This document shows, piece after piece, positions 28,506 through 38,327 of a stretch of 64,000 nt of DNA. The notes under the pieces were generated by a model. That model searched no databases. It was not told where the DNA came from and saw nothing but the letters and a program-made list of their open reading frames with translations. The stretch lies in NCBI GenBank assembly GCA_965219455.1, contig OZ244744.1:2208001-2272000 (forward strand), given 5' to 3'. Both the position numbers and the translations under genes were made by a program. Within the stretch, counting starts at the first letter, position 1, and each line of letters starts with the position of its first letter. This stretch comes from Candidatus Latescibacterota bacterium (GTDB lineage Bacteria > Latescibacterota > UBA2968 > GCA-2709665).

Positions 28506-28545
28506 CTCCCCCTTTCCTTGTAGGAGAGGGGGCTGAGGGGAGAGG
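28506..28545. repeat. REP-like palindromic unit upstream of argS
   Basis: Hairpin CCCCTTTCCT-TGT-AGGAGAGGGG followed by GCTGAGGGGAGAGG; resembles a widespread intergenic repeat type. Confidence 0.45.
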
Positions 28546-28554
28546 TCCTCCTTT

Positions 28555-30258
28555 ATGGTCAATCCTTTTATTGAAGAAATTGTATCGCAGGTGTCAAAAA
28601 CGACTGACATGCGCCCCGATGAGGTGAGGGCGCTGATCGAGGTCCCTCCAAAACCCACTATGGGGGACTACACCCTTCCGTGTTTCAGGCTTGCAAAAAC
28701 GCTGCGAAAGGCGCCGAATCAGATCGCCGCGGATCTTGGAGAGCGGGTACGGACGGGCGGACGCATCGCCCGGGTCAGGGCTGAGGGCCCATATCTCAAC
28801 ATTTTCGTTAGCCGGACCGAATTTGTACGGGAGACGCTTTCGGAAATTCTCGCAAGGGGCGAGCAATTCGGACGGAGCGAGGCAGGCGCGGGGAAAACAG
28901 TCGTGGTCGATTTTTCGTCACCGAATATCTCCAAGCCATTCACTATAGCCCACATCCGTTCGACAGCGATTGGAAATTCGCTCTGCAGGATATACAGGGC
29001 CCTCGGTTGGAACGTGCTCGGTATCAATCACCTTGGTGACTGGGGCGCCCCGCACGGGATGAATATCGCGGCGTACAAACGCTGGGGAGACGAGAACGCG
29101 GTTCGCAGGAATCCGGCCTATGAGCTATTTAACCTGTACGTAAAATTCAATGCCGAGATGGAACGGGATCCGTCTCTCAGAAACGACGTGAAGGACTGGA
29201 CCAGGAAGCTGGAGGCGGGCGATGCCGAGGCGCTCAGACTCTGGAATTGGTTCAGGGACGAGACCATAAAGGACTTCAAGCGAATTTATGAATTGATGGA
29301 CGTGGAATTTAGTGAATATACAGGAGAGAGTTTTTTTCACAATAAGGTGGGGCCGGTTATCGAAGCACTTAAGGCGAATGGCCTGGCGGTGGAGAGTGAG
29401 GGCGCCCTCGTGGTGATGCTGGACGATGAAGATATGCCCCCGGCCATCATCCAGACCGGACACGATACCAGCGTCTATCTCACACGCGATCTGGCCGCGG
29501 CGATTTACCGCAAGCAGACCTACGACTTCGATAAGTTGATCTATACGACCGACGCCGGGCAGTCCCTGCATTTTCGGCAGCTATTCAAGGTGCTGGAACG
29601 GATGGGCTATGAGTGGGCGAAAGACTGTGTGCACGTCCCGTTCGGTATCATTTCCTTCAAAGAGGGAAGGATGTCTACGCGCAGGGGCAACGTGATTTTC
29701 CTGGAGGACGTGCTGAACCGTGCGATAGAGCTGACACGGGATATTATAGAGGACAAGAATCCGGAGCTTCCCAATAAAGACGGGATCGCCCGGGACGTGG
29801 GCATCGGCGCGGTGGTCTACGCGGATCTCGATTCCCGCCGGACGCGGGACGTGGTGTTCGACTGGGATGAGATCCTTAACTTTAACGGCGAGACCGGCCC
29901 CTACGTCCAATATACCCATGCGCGTTATCGCAGTGTCCTACGTAAATACGGAGGCGCCGTGCCGCCGCCCGATGCAGACCTTTCTCTGTTAACCGAACCC
30001 GAGACGGTGGCGGTGGTCAAGTGCCTGGAACGGTATCCGGCGCGAATCCGGAACGCGGCCGAGGCCTGCGAGCCGTCTCTGATTGCCGGGTTCCTGATCG
30101 AACTCTGTACAGAGGCGAACCGGTTTTACAACGCCCACCGGGTCATTTCAGATGACCTGCCCCTGACCCGGGCGCGCATCGCCCTGGTTTATTCCATCAC
30201 TGTCGTGCTGTCGGCCGGCCTTCATCTGCTCGGGTTGCGGGCGCCCGAGGAGATGTGA
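28555..30258 (+). CDS. argS: Arginine--tRNA ligase
   Basis: DFSSPNISKP, NHLGDWG, YLTRDLA, RMSTRRG and GETGPYVQYTHAR motifs; ends in EEM. Confidence 0.96.
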   Translation: MVNPFIEEIVSQVSKTTDMRPDEVRALIEVPPKPTMGDYTLPCFRLAKTLRKAPNQIAADLGERVRTGGRIARVRAEGPYLNIFVSRTEFVRETLSEILARGEQFGRSEAGAGKTVVVDFSSPNISKPFTIAHIRSTAIGNSLCRIYRALGWNVLGINHLGDWGAPHGMNIAAYKRWGDENAVRRNPAYELFNLYVKFNAEMERDPSLRNDVKDWTRKLEAGDAEALRLWNWFRDETIKDFKRIYELMDVEFSEYTGESFFHNKVGPVIEALKANGLAVESEGALVVMLDDEDMPPAIIQTGHDTSVYLTRDLAAAIYRKQTYDFDKLIYTTDAGQSLHFRQLFKVLERMGYEWAKDCVHVPFGIISFKEGRMSTRRGNVIFLEDVLNRAIELTRDIIEDKNPELPNKDGIARDVGIGAVVYADLDSRRTRDVVFDWDEILNFNGETGPYVQYTHARYRSVLRKYGGAVPPPDADLSLLTEPETVAVVKCLERYPARIRNAAEACEPSLIAGFLIELCTEANRFYNAHRVISDDLPLTRARIALVYSITVVLSAGLHLLGLRAPEEM

Positions 30259-30527
30259 TTCACGGCCCGCTGTATCACCCTTCCGAAATGACGTTTAACG
30301 CCGCCGGTATCCAGGCGTCGTCGTTATTGACGGGACACTGGAGACATATTTCTTCACAGGTGGTAGTGAATGAAAACCGGACCGGCAACGCTTAATTCCA
30401 TTAACCCGCTACTGGAAACGCGACACCCGAGCCCTCTTGCTGCATCCGGAATGAACTCCGCGCTGGTCGTCGCAGTTCAGAGCACCATTACAGATCGCCA
30501 GGCGCACGCAGGGCGGGGGCGCGCATC

Positions 30528-31073
30528 GTGAACCGGTTGCAGGGCAGGCATATTTTCCTGACCGGGTTCATGGCGACCGGCAAGAGCAAGATCGGGCCAA
30601 TTCTGGCGCAGCGCCTGGGTCGGGTATTTGTAGATACGGATGAGATGATCGTTGAGACGGCCGGTAAGTCGATACCCCGGATCTTCGCGGAAGACGGAGA
30701 GGCCGCATTCCGTCGTATCGAGCGCGGTTGCGTGGTGCGGGCGGGCGGGATGAGGGATGCCGTGATTGCTCTGGGTGGCGGCGCGGTCACACACGAGGAG
30801 AACTGGGATACGATTCGCGCATCCGGTGTGTGCCTGTGTCTGCGGGCATCTGCTGAGACCATCTTCATGCGCCTGCGCAGGGTGGAGGGTGAACGGCCGC
30901 TGATGGCCGGATTAAACGATGAAGATCGGATGGCAAAGATCCGGTCGATGCAGGCCGCCCGGGCGCCGTTTTACGAACGTGCGGATGTATTCGTGGAGTC
31001 GGCGGAGTGCCGTACGCTGGAAGAGACCGTTGAACTGGCAGTGTTGGCTTTGAAAGGCCTTGATTCGCAATAA
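30528..31073 (+). CDS. aroK: Shikimate kinase
   Basis: GFMATGKS, DTD, GEAAFR, LGGG and RP motifs. Confidence 0.95.
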   Translation: MNRLQGRHIFLTGFMATGKSKIGPILAQRLGRVFVDTDEMIVETAGKSIPRIFAEDGEAAFRRIERGCVVRAGGMRDAVIALGGGAVTHEENWDTIRASGVCLCLRASAETIFMRLRRVEGERPLMAGLNDEDRMAKIRSMQAARAPFYERADVFVESAECRTLEETVELAVLALKGLDSQ

Positions 31074-31095
31074 GGGCATTGGAAGGCCACTGCGT

Positions 31096-32232
31096 ATGGA
31101 ATCTCAAGTCGTACAGAGCGGTATGCAGACGGTGCAGGTCGATCTGGGCAGTCGCAGTTATCCGATCCTTATTGGACACGGGGTTCTGTCCGAATTCGGC
31201 GAGGCATACGCTGCGGCCGGGTTGGGTTCGACCGCGGCGGTGGTGACCAACCCGACAGTGGCGCCGCTCTACCTGGAGCCGGTCAGGGCCGGTCTGGAGG
31301 CGCGGGGTGTGGCCGTGAGGGTGGTGGAGATTCCGGATGGAGAGGAATTCAAGACCCTGGAGACGGCAGGTTGGATATATGGCGAACTGATTCAGGCCGG
31401 CCTGGATCGGCGCAGTTGTATTGTAACGCTGGGGGGCGGTGTTGTGGGCGATACGGCGGGATTCGTGGCGGCGACGTATCTGCGCGGAGTCGACTTCGTG
31501 CAGGTCCCCACCACCCTGGAGGCGCAGGTCGATGCCAGCGTGGGCGGGAAGACCGGAGTAGATCACCCGCTGGGTAAGAATATGATCGGGGCATTTTATC
31601 AGCCGAAGCTGGTTTATGTTGACACGGAAACGCTGATGACCCTGCCCAGGCGGGAGGTGGCTGCCGGGATGGCTGAGGTGATTAAACACGGATTGATCCG
31701 CGACGTGGGACTCGTGGAAGTCCTGGAAAAATCTATCGAGAATGTGGCGGATCTGGCGATAGGACCGGAACAGCTGGTGAGGTTAATCGCTCGAAACTGT
31801 CGCATTAAGGCCGACGTCGTGGCGGCGGATGAGACCGAGGCGGGATTGCGGGAAATCCTCAACTACGGTCACACGGTGGGACACGCGATAGAGGCGGAGA
31901 CGAATTACACGGTTTACAAACACGGAGAGGCCGTATTGTTGGGCATGCTCGCCGCTGGTAGAATCGGAGTCATCAAGGGGTTCTGGGAACCCGCGGAACT
32001 GGAGCGGCAGAACACGTTAATCGGAAGACTCGGGATTCCGTCCGGCGCCGGGATACTCGGAGCAGACGAACTGATCGGGCGAATGGCGAGCGACAAGAAA
32101 GCGCGGGATGGGGTGATCCGGTTTGTACTGCCGGAGGCGATCGGACGTGCTGTGTCCTGCGACACGGTGGATAGAAAGGAGATTAAGGCGGGGATCCGGT
32201 ACATGCAGGAACTTTCGCCCGCATCGGGTTGA
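31096..32232 (+). CDS. aroB: 3-dehydroquinate synthase
   Basis: GGGVVGD, PTTLEAQVDASVGGKT, LNYGHT, HGEAV and DKK motifs. Start could be 31123. Confidence 0.96.
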   Translation: MESQVVQSGMQTVQVDLGSRSYPILIGHGVLSEFGEAYAAAGLGSTAAVVTNPTVAPLYLEPVRAGLEARGVAVRVVEIPDGEEFKTLETAGWIYGELIQAGLDRRSCIVTLGGGVVGDTAGFVAATYLRGVDFVQVPTTLEAQVDASVGGKTGVDHPLGKNMIGAFYQPKLVYVDTETLMTLPRREVAAGMAEVIKHGLIRDVGLVEVLEKSIENVADLAIGPEQLVRLIARNCRIKADVVAADETEAGLREILNYGHTVGHAIEAETNYTVYKHGEAVLLGMLAAGRIGVIKGFWEPAELERQNTLIGRLGIPSGAGILGADELIGRMASDKKARDGVIRFVLPEAIGRAVSCDTVDRKEIKAGIRYMQELSPASG

Positions 32233-32261
32233 AGGTCGTCGTGACCGGGCGACCATCCGCG

Positions 32262-32765
32262 TCAACGCGTCAACCGTTTGATAACCGCGCTGTGTTCGGG
32301 AAAGTCCCTGATCAAATCGGCCCGATTCGCCAATTCAAAGTCCTCGAATTCGAAACCGGGAGCAACCGTGCCGCCCACCAGCGCGTATGAGTCGGGCTTA
32401 TTCAGCGTCGCGCCGTACCAGCAGCGGGCGTTGATGACCGCCGCGAACCATTCATCGTTTTCGGGGTTGTTGCCGAGCAGGATTCGGTCGTATTCGCCGC
32501 TTTGATCGATTGTATGGATGGTGATGGACGATCCCGCATAGAAGTGCCAGACTTCGTTGGACTGAATACGGTGAAGGGCGGAAAAGTCGTCGCCCTCAAG
32601 CAGGAAGTAGATGGCGGTTGAAAGCGATCGGGGGCCGTTGAACCGCTCCGGGAGGGCCTGAGCGGCGACGGTCTCCACCGAGCGGTATATTTCCCGATAG
32701 AAGCCGCCTTCGGGATGCTTTTTGAGTTTCAGCTTTGAGATCCAGTAATCGGCATTCTGGCCCAT
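32262..32765 (-). CDS. Cupin_5 (DUF985) protein
   Basis: HPEGGFYRE, TAIYFLL, EVWHFYAG and VAPGFEFEDF motifs. Confidence 0.92.
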   Translation of the reverse strand: MGQNADYWISKLKLKKHPEGGFYREIYRSVETVAAQALPERFNGPRSLSTAIYFLLEGDDFSALHRIQSNEVWHFYAGSSITIHTIDQSGEYDRILLGNNPENDEWFAAVINARCWYGATLNKPDSYALVGGTVAPGFEFEDFELANRADLIRDFPEHSAVIKRLTR

Positions 32766-32789
32766 AACAATAGAAAAAACCCACGGATC

Positions 32790-32815
32790 AGGGGCGAGAC
32801 AATCTCGCCCCTTTT
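32790..32815. repeat. REP-like palindrome or possible terminator
   Basis: AGGGGCGAGA-CAA-TCTCGCCCCT followed by TTT. Confidence 0.45.
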
Positions 32816-32884
32816 GATTTCTTGGAGACGAATCCCATCACAATCTCAGGTCCTGGGACGGCAACAAGACTTGGCGATATACGC

Positions 32885-33937
32885 CTATGCTATAACACCG
32901 CCCCCCAGACAAATATCGCCATCGTAAAAGACGGCCGATTGTCCGGCGGCCACACCAGGGTCCTTTTCCGACATTTCCACGGTCAGGCGGGTACCGCAGG
33001 CGGGCGCAATACGACACGGTACGGTCCGGGGCCCGTGTCGGATTTTGACATGAACGTCGTGTCGATCGGGAGCGCCGGAGATCCAGTTCGGATTTGATAC
33101 CGTGAAACGACTCGACGACCGGTCCGCCAGGTGTGTCTTGTGGGACACGTAGACAACGTTGTCTTCGGTGTCTTTCCTGACCACGTACCAGGGACCGGCG
33201 GCAAGGCCGAGACCTTCGCGCTGTCCGATGGTGTAAAACCAGTAGCCCCGGTGACGACCGAGCCGGGTGCCCGACTCCAGTTCGATGATGTCACCGGGCT
33301 TTTCTCCCAGGTGCGCCCTGACAAAGTCGGTATAGCTTATTTTACCCAGAAAGCAGATCCCCTGGCTGTCCTTGCGGTTGTGGTTCGGCAGACCGAAGAT
33401 CCGTGCGTGTTCCCTCACCTGCGGTTTGGTGAGATGCCCGATGGGAAAACATGCGCGTTTGAGCTGCGCCTGTTTGAGTGCGGATAGAAAGTACGTCTGG
33501 TCCTTGACGGGGTCCGGCGCTCGCCTCAGGTAACAGGTACCGTTTAGTTCGGCAATTCGGGCATAGTGCCCCGAAGCGACTTTGTGGTAGCTGCTGTCGA
33601 TTCGGGCCGCGAACTCGCCGAATTTGATGCGCCGATTGCAAACGATGTCCGGGCTGGGGGTTCGTCCGGCTCTGAGTTCGGACACGGCGTGGGAGACCAC
33701 CTGGTCCAGGTATTCGCCCTGAAGGGGAATAATACGCAGGGGTACCCCGGCCTGTTCGCAGACAGCGCGCGCGTACTTGAGATCTTTCTCCCAGGGGCAG
33801 TCGCCCAGGAAGGCAAGTTCGTCTTCAAGCCAGACCTTGAGGTAGAAGGCAGTGATCTCGTGGCGCCCTTCTCTGCACAACAGGTTGAGGGCCACGGAAC
33901 TGTCGACGCCGCCGGAGAGCAGGAGGGCGATTTTCAT
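32885..33937 (-). CDS. mnmA: tRNA 2-thiouridylase
   Basis: SGGVDS, PSPDIVCN, GHYA, KDQTYFL and DSQGICF motifs. Confidence 0.96.
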   Translation of the reverse strand: MKIALLLSGGVDSSVALNLLCREGRHEITAFYLKVWLEDELAFLGDCPWEKDLKYARAVCEQAGVPLRIIPLQGEYLDQVVSHAVSELRAGRTPSPDIVCNRRIKFGEFAARIDSSYHKVASGHYARIAELNGTCYLRRAPDPVKDQTYFLSALKQAQLKRACFPIGHLTKPQVREHARIFGLPNHNRKDSQGICFLGKISYTDFVRAHLGEKPGDIIELESGTRLGRHRGYWFYTIGQREGLGLAAGPWYVVRKDTEDNVVYVSHKTHLADRSSSRFTVSNPNWISGAPDRHDVHVKIRHGPRTVPCRIAPACGTRLTVEMSEKDPGVAAGQSAVFYDGDICLGGGVIA

Positions 33938-33945
33938 GGATCGAT

Positions 33946-34209
33946 TCAAGACACACCATCCGCGTAAAAAGGATTTGTTGAATAGCTGGCGCCCGGGGCA
34001 CTGCCTATCCTTCCCCTGCCCGCGACCGTGGCTTCGTCGCCCGGGAATACCGCCGCGGCGTAGTCCGCCATAATATTCGCGGCGGGCGTGGCCATGCCTG
34101 CAATGGTTGCGGCGAATAGGTCCAGAAGATTCTTGCTCAGTTGCTTCCGGACATCATCCGGAAGATCGCCGTATCGGACGTGTGTAATAAAATCGTTTAT
34201 CGGGTGCAA
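33946..34209 (-). pseudogene. N-terminal fragment of an MmgE/PrpD family protein
   Basis: FITHVRYGDLPDDVRKQ...LLDLFAATIAG matches the family N-terminus; stops before the conserved N...H..D.DD region. Confidence 0.7.
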
Positions 34210-34228
34210 GAGATCCGGGCTTCCCGCT

Positions 34229-35143
34229 TCATTCCGTCAGAATCTGATTCTCGATGTCCAGCCCGACCCGGTTGCTCCAGGCAGCCATCATATCTCTGAA
34301 AAGCGGACCGGGTTCACCGCTGCCAACGGGTATGTTGTTGAATTTCGTACAGGGGGCGATGCAATATGGCGTGGTGGTCAGCCAGGCCTCGTCGGCATTC
34401 GCGACGTCGTATGGCTGAATGTCTTTTTCTATCCAGTTGAGACCGAGTTCGGCAGCGAGTTCCTTGACGGTGAGGAGGCTGACGCCCTGGAGTATGTTCC
34501 GCGTGGTGGGGGAGTAGATTGTGCCGTCCGCAACGACGACAAAGTTGGAACCCGCGCATTCCGTGACGTTTCCATCCAGGTCGAGAAGCAGCGTTATCGC
34601 TTCCGGGTCGACCGCGTGGGTCTGCTGGTCGGCCAGCCACCAGTGCAGGCGGGACCGGTTCTTGGACTTCGGATCCAGGCATTGGGGCGGGACGTGCCGA
34701 ATGGCCGGCGTGACGACGTGGGCGCCGACCTCGAAGAGATGACGCCAGACGCGGAAGGGCAACGGAAAGGAGTGAATACAGACGGTTGGCGTGAAGCGCA
34801 CGCTCCCCGCGGCGCTACCGGCGTAGATTTCGTTCTCACCCGCAGTGATGAAGTGTACGATCCCGAGGTCCGCTTCAGGTTCGATCAGTTCATTATTGGT
34901 TTCAATGAGTTCGAGGGTCTTCTCCCGCATCTCGTTGCGCGTCAGCGGCGGTTGAATGCCGGCGTATTTGCACGATCGGTAGAGCCGGTCCAGGTGATCG
35001 TCCAGGCGAAACGGCGCGTGGGCGAAGGTACGGGTCATTTCGGTGAGCGTGGCGCCCAGAATGATGCCCAGGTCGTAGATCTTGATGGCTGCCTGGGAGG
35101 CGGGCACGAAATCTCCGTTGAGGAAGACAATCGGTTCTTTCAT
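34229..35143 (-). CDS. Class IV PLP aminotransferase (BCAT / ADC-lyase family)
   Basis: FRLDDHLDRL, KSKNRSR, VTECAGSN, ILQGVS and ADEAWLT motifs. Confidence 0.9.
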   Translation of the reverse strand: MKEPIVFLNGDFVPASQAAIKIYDLGIILGATLTEMTRTFAHAPFRLDDHLDRLYRSCKYAGIQPPLTRNEMREKTLELIETNNELIEPEADLGIVHFITAGENEIYAGSAAGSVRFTPTVCIHSFPLPFRVWRHLFEVGAHVVTPAIRHVPPQCLDPKSKNRSRLHWWLADQQTHAVDPEAITLLLDLDGNVTECAGSNFVVVADGTIYSPTTRNILQGVSLLTVKELAAELGLNWIEKDIQPYDVANADEAWLTTTPYCIAPCTKFNNIPVGSGEPGPLFRDMMAAWSNRVGLDIENQILTE

Positions 35144-35486
35144 GTAATGGCTCTATCTGGCGAATTGCCGGTGACGGCGTTGTGTGATTCCCCGGGATAT
35201 AATTGCGGGCGGAACACGGCCACGCACGGGAGAAACGTCTCGGCCTGTTGACGGAGCGGGTTGCACCGAAAGGCGTTGCGGGCCCCATTGATCGAATGCA
35301 CTGGTATTCGGAGATGCTTCGGCGAGCGGAACCGGATGGCGAAGAGGCCCCCTGTAGTTCCGGATGGGATACGGAAGGCATGGATTTCAGAAATCCCGAC
35401 GCCTCGCAACTCGTCCATAATATACCGGATGGGTATTGTCAAGACAAACGGAAAGGGATTTTGTGGGGTTGCGGCGGAAGGGCAAG

Positions 35487-35570
35487 CTGCAAGGTAGAAG
35501 GCTTTGTTGCCCACAATACAGACAAAGACGCTACCGCATATACAGATGATGCCTCAGCCCATAAAGGTGT
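35487..35570 (+). mobile_element. Relic of an IS1595-like transposase
   Basis: Translates as (LQ)GFVAHNTDKDATAYTDDASAHKG, resembling the LQGFV...ATVYTD...AY.G segment of IS1595 DDE domains. Recognised from memory. Confidence 0.5.
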
Positions 35571-35620
35571 TCAGGGCTTGAGGCATCGGGGGGTAAAGAC
35601 TATGATTGTATGGGACGTCT

Positions 35621-36031
35621 TCATTTCTGGCCGCTTTGCGCGTCTTGTAGCATTTCGGATATCTTCTCCATTCGGGCTCTTTCTTCCTTTTGATTTTTTT
35701 CTAATGCCTCCAGGAGCGCACTCAATTCTCCTTCGCGCTTTTTGCTGGAAGCTTCCAACTCCCTTAGAGCCTTAATTGCTCTTGCTCTCGTTTTGGCCTC
35801 GCTCTCCGCGATCCACTTATCGGCAAGCTTCATCATTGCGCCCATGAAATCAACTCCTTCTATGATGAAAAAGGATAGCGTTACGGAGAATATACCCGCC
35901 TCGTATAGATTTTCGACTAAATCTCTTTCAGGTGGTCTATATCGATCTGTCAGGGTGAACAAGAAAATGAGCAAATTCAACGCCCCAAAAAGAGCGCGGT
36001 CACTTACGCTCCATATGGGCTCTCGTTCCAT
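35621..36031 (-). CDS. Hypothetical membrane / coiled-coil protein, lower GC
   Basis: 136 aa with two hydrophobic segments then a charged coiled coil; AT-rich context with an upstream TTGACT-17-TTTAAT. Confidence 0.6.
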   Translation of the reverse strand: MEREPIWSVSDRALFGALNLLIFLFTLTDRYRPPERDLVENLYEAGIFSVTLSFFIIEGVDFMGAMMKLADKWIAESEAKTRARAIKALRELEASSKKREGELSALLEALEKNQKEERARMEKISEMLQDAQSGQK

Positions 36032-36466
36032 TTATTTTATTCTCTTGCGTGAGTTGACTTAATGGTGTACACGGAAAATTAAATGTATTTACACGAGTAA
36101 AGTCAAGCGTTTTTTAGCATCCTTTATCGAAATCCGAAAAACCGCATGATAGCGGGCTTTTTCGAGGATTGTTGGCCTTGATTTGCCTGTCTATGATGTG
36201 CTCGCCCCTTTGCAAAATGCAAGTAATCATGACAACTTAACAGAGAGGGTTTGCAATGAGTAAGGCGATGGAAATGGTAGGGCGTGGTGTTGCGGGCCAG
36301 GATCAGGATCTGTGGAAAAAAGAAGCAAGAATAAGATGGATTGACCAGCGACCTTCTGTTGTTTGCCCCTCGCAAATGTGACTTTGGGTTATAATCCTCT
36401 TTTTTTTGCAACCGCAGTTTCAATGACGGCCTTGGGCTTGGCGCCTCCTCAACGGTCGCCCAATCG

Positions 36467-38002
36467 CTACATCCACAGATTCCGATCCAGACTGCGGTAC
36501 TGAATGGCCTCCCCGACATGCTGAGGTTTGATTTCGGATTCTTCTTCCAGATCCGCAATGGTGCGGCTCACTTTCAGGATGCGGTCGTAGGCGCGTGCGG
36601 ACAGGCCGAGTTTCGTGATTGCCATTTTGAGAAGTTCTTCCCCTTTGCCGTCGATTCTGCAATATTCCCGAATTTCCGCGGAGCCCATGTGCGCATTGCA
36701 GAACAGGTGTTGTTTCTCGCGGAAGCGATGAAGTTGCACCTTGCGGGCGGTATTGACCCCTTCGCGAATGGCATCGGACGTATCTCCGCCGGGTTCACCG
36801 ACAAGTTCAGAGTAGTCGACCCCGGGTACTTCAATGTGAATGTCGATGCGGTCAAGGAGTGGGCCGGAAATTCGGGCCATATACCGCTGGATGATCGGCG
36901 GGGAACATGTACAATCGTTTTTGGGATCGCCGAAGTATCCACATGGGCACGGGTTCAGGGCGCACGCGAGCATGAATTGGGCCGGATAGGTCAGAGAGAC
37001 CATCGCGCGGGCAATGGTGACAAATCCGTCCTCAAGAGGTTGGCGCAGAACTTCGAGGACATGCTTTTTGAACTCAGGTAGCTCATCCAGGAAGAGTACG
37101 CCGTGGTGTGCAAGGGAGACCTCGCCGGGTCGCGGGTGAGGTCCGCCGCCGATCAGGCCGGCGTCCGAGATCGTGTGGTGAGGGGACCGAAAGGGCCGGA
37201 TCGCCACCAGGGTGGTATCCGGAGGCAACAGTCCGGCCACGGAGTGAATCTTGGTGGCTTCGAGGGCTTCATCCAGGGTCAGATCGGGCAGGATGGTGGG
37301 CAGGCGGCGGGTGAGCATCGTTTTGCCGGAACCGGGCGGACCGATCATGATGATGTTATGGCCACCGCTGGCAGCCACCTCCAGCGCACGCTTGGCGTGC
37401 ACCTGGCCCCGGACGTCGCGGAAATCTATACGGTAGTCCAGGGCCTGGCTGAAGATCTGGTCGATATCGATCTGGAGTGCCGGCACGGCTCGATAGCCCT
37501 CCAGGAAGTCCAGTGTCTCCAGCAGGTCGCCGACAGGATGGACATCGATACCGCCGGCAATGGCTGCCTCACGGGCGTTCTCACGGGGGAGGATCATGCC
37601 CTTGAGGCCTGCCTGGCGGGTCTCGACCGCCATCGGCAGAACGCCCCGGACGGGCCGGACCGCTCCGTCAAGAGCAAGTTCGCCCAGAATCGAGTATTGG
37701 GAGAGGATTTCAGGCGAGATATCTCCGGCAGCGGCCAGGATGCCCACCGCGATGGGCAGGTCGAAAGCCGAGCCTTCCTTGCGGATATCCGCGGGAGCGA
37801 GATTGACCGTTACACGGCGATTCGGAAAGGTCCGACCGGTGTTTTTTATGGCGGCGGTCACGCGATCCCGGCTTTCCTTGACGGCGTTGTCCGGCAGACC
37901 TACCATCGAGAATGCGGGAAGTTGATAGTCCAGATCGGTCTCTATGCGCACAATATAGGCGTCAATGCCCAGGGTGGCGCAACTCAACACGCGGGACATC
38001 AT
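36467..38002 (-). CDS. comM: YifB/ComM Mg-chelatase-like AAA+ ATPase
   Basis: NLAPADIRKEGSAFDLPIA, GPPGSGKT, GVLFLDELPEF and NPCPCG motifs; SD GAGGAGG at 38014-38008. Confidence 0.94.
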   Translation of the reverse strand: MMSRVLSCATLGIDAYIVRIETDLDYQLPAFSMVGLPDNAVKESRDRVTAAIKNTGRTFPNRRVTVNLAPADIRKEGSAFDLPIAVGILAAAGDISPEILSQYSILGELALDGAVRPVRGVLPMAVETRQAGLKGMILPRENAREAAIAGGIDVHPVGDLLETLDFLEGYRAVPALQIDIDQIFSQALDYRIDFRDVRGQVHAKRALEVAASGGHNIIMIGPPGSGKTMLTRRLPTILPDLTLDEALEATKIHSVAGLLPPDTTLVAIRPFRSPHHTISDAGLIGGGPHPRPGEVSLAHHGVLFLDELPEFKKHVLEVLRQPLEDGFVTIARAMVSLTYPAQFMLACALNPCPCGYFGDPKNDCTCSPPIIQRYMARISGPLLDRIDIHIEVPGVDYSELVGEPGGDTSDAIREGVNTARKVQLHRFREKQHLFCNAHMGSAEIREYCRIDGKGEELLKMAITKLGLSARAYDRILKVSRTIADLEEESEIKPQHVGEAIQYRSLDRNLWM

Positions 38003-38004
38003 AC

Positions 38005-38190
38005 GGGCCTCCTCAGAGCCTCTTGGGAACGTGACTGAACTCCGTGGAAGCGCGTTGTACTGCAAGGAGTCCTGTGTTGGTGAATCCCCGACATCCTCTG
38101 AGAAGGCAAAGGGTGTGCCAGCGAAACCGGACGCACCTAACCTGCTGTACGGAAAAGAGATGGAGTTGACGGCAGGAACATTGGAGGGAA
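38005..38190. promoter_or_regulatory. Candidate structured RNA in the comM leader
   Basis: Nested complementary segments 38038-43 with 38162-67 and 38057-64 with 38143-50, enclosing internal hairpins. Confidence 0.35.
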
Positions 38191-38252
38191 CGGCGGGAAA
38201 GGGATTTTCAAAATTCGGCGAAGGGATTGAACAATATGTCGATGCGAACCGG

Positions 38253-38327
38253 CGATTCAACTCGGTCGCGCACCTTGTCTTCGGTCACACTGGGCGTCAC
38301 ATGCAGAGCAACTTTATCAAGGGACTG
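38253..38327 (-). repeat. MITE family B, left half, starting right after the fabV stop codon
   Basis: Minus strand TAG then CAGTCCCTTGATAAAGTTGCTCTGCA...GAAGACAAGGTGCGCGACCGAGTTGAATCG. Confidence 0.75.

Noticed and set aside
38103-38140. c-di-GMP-I riboswitch-like words (GGCAAA...GAAA...GGACGCA)
   Set aside because: The following AAAGC/P2 element is missing and the orientation is antisense to the adjacent genes.
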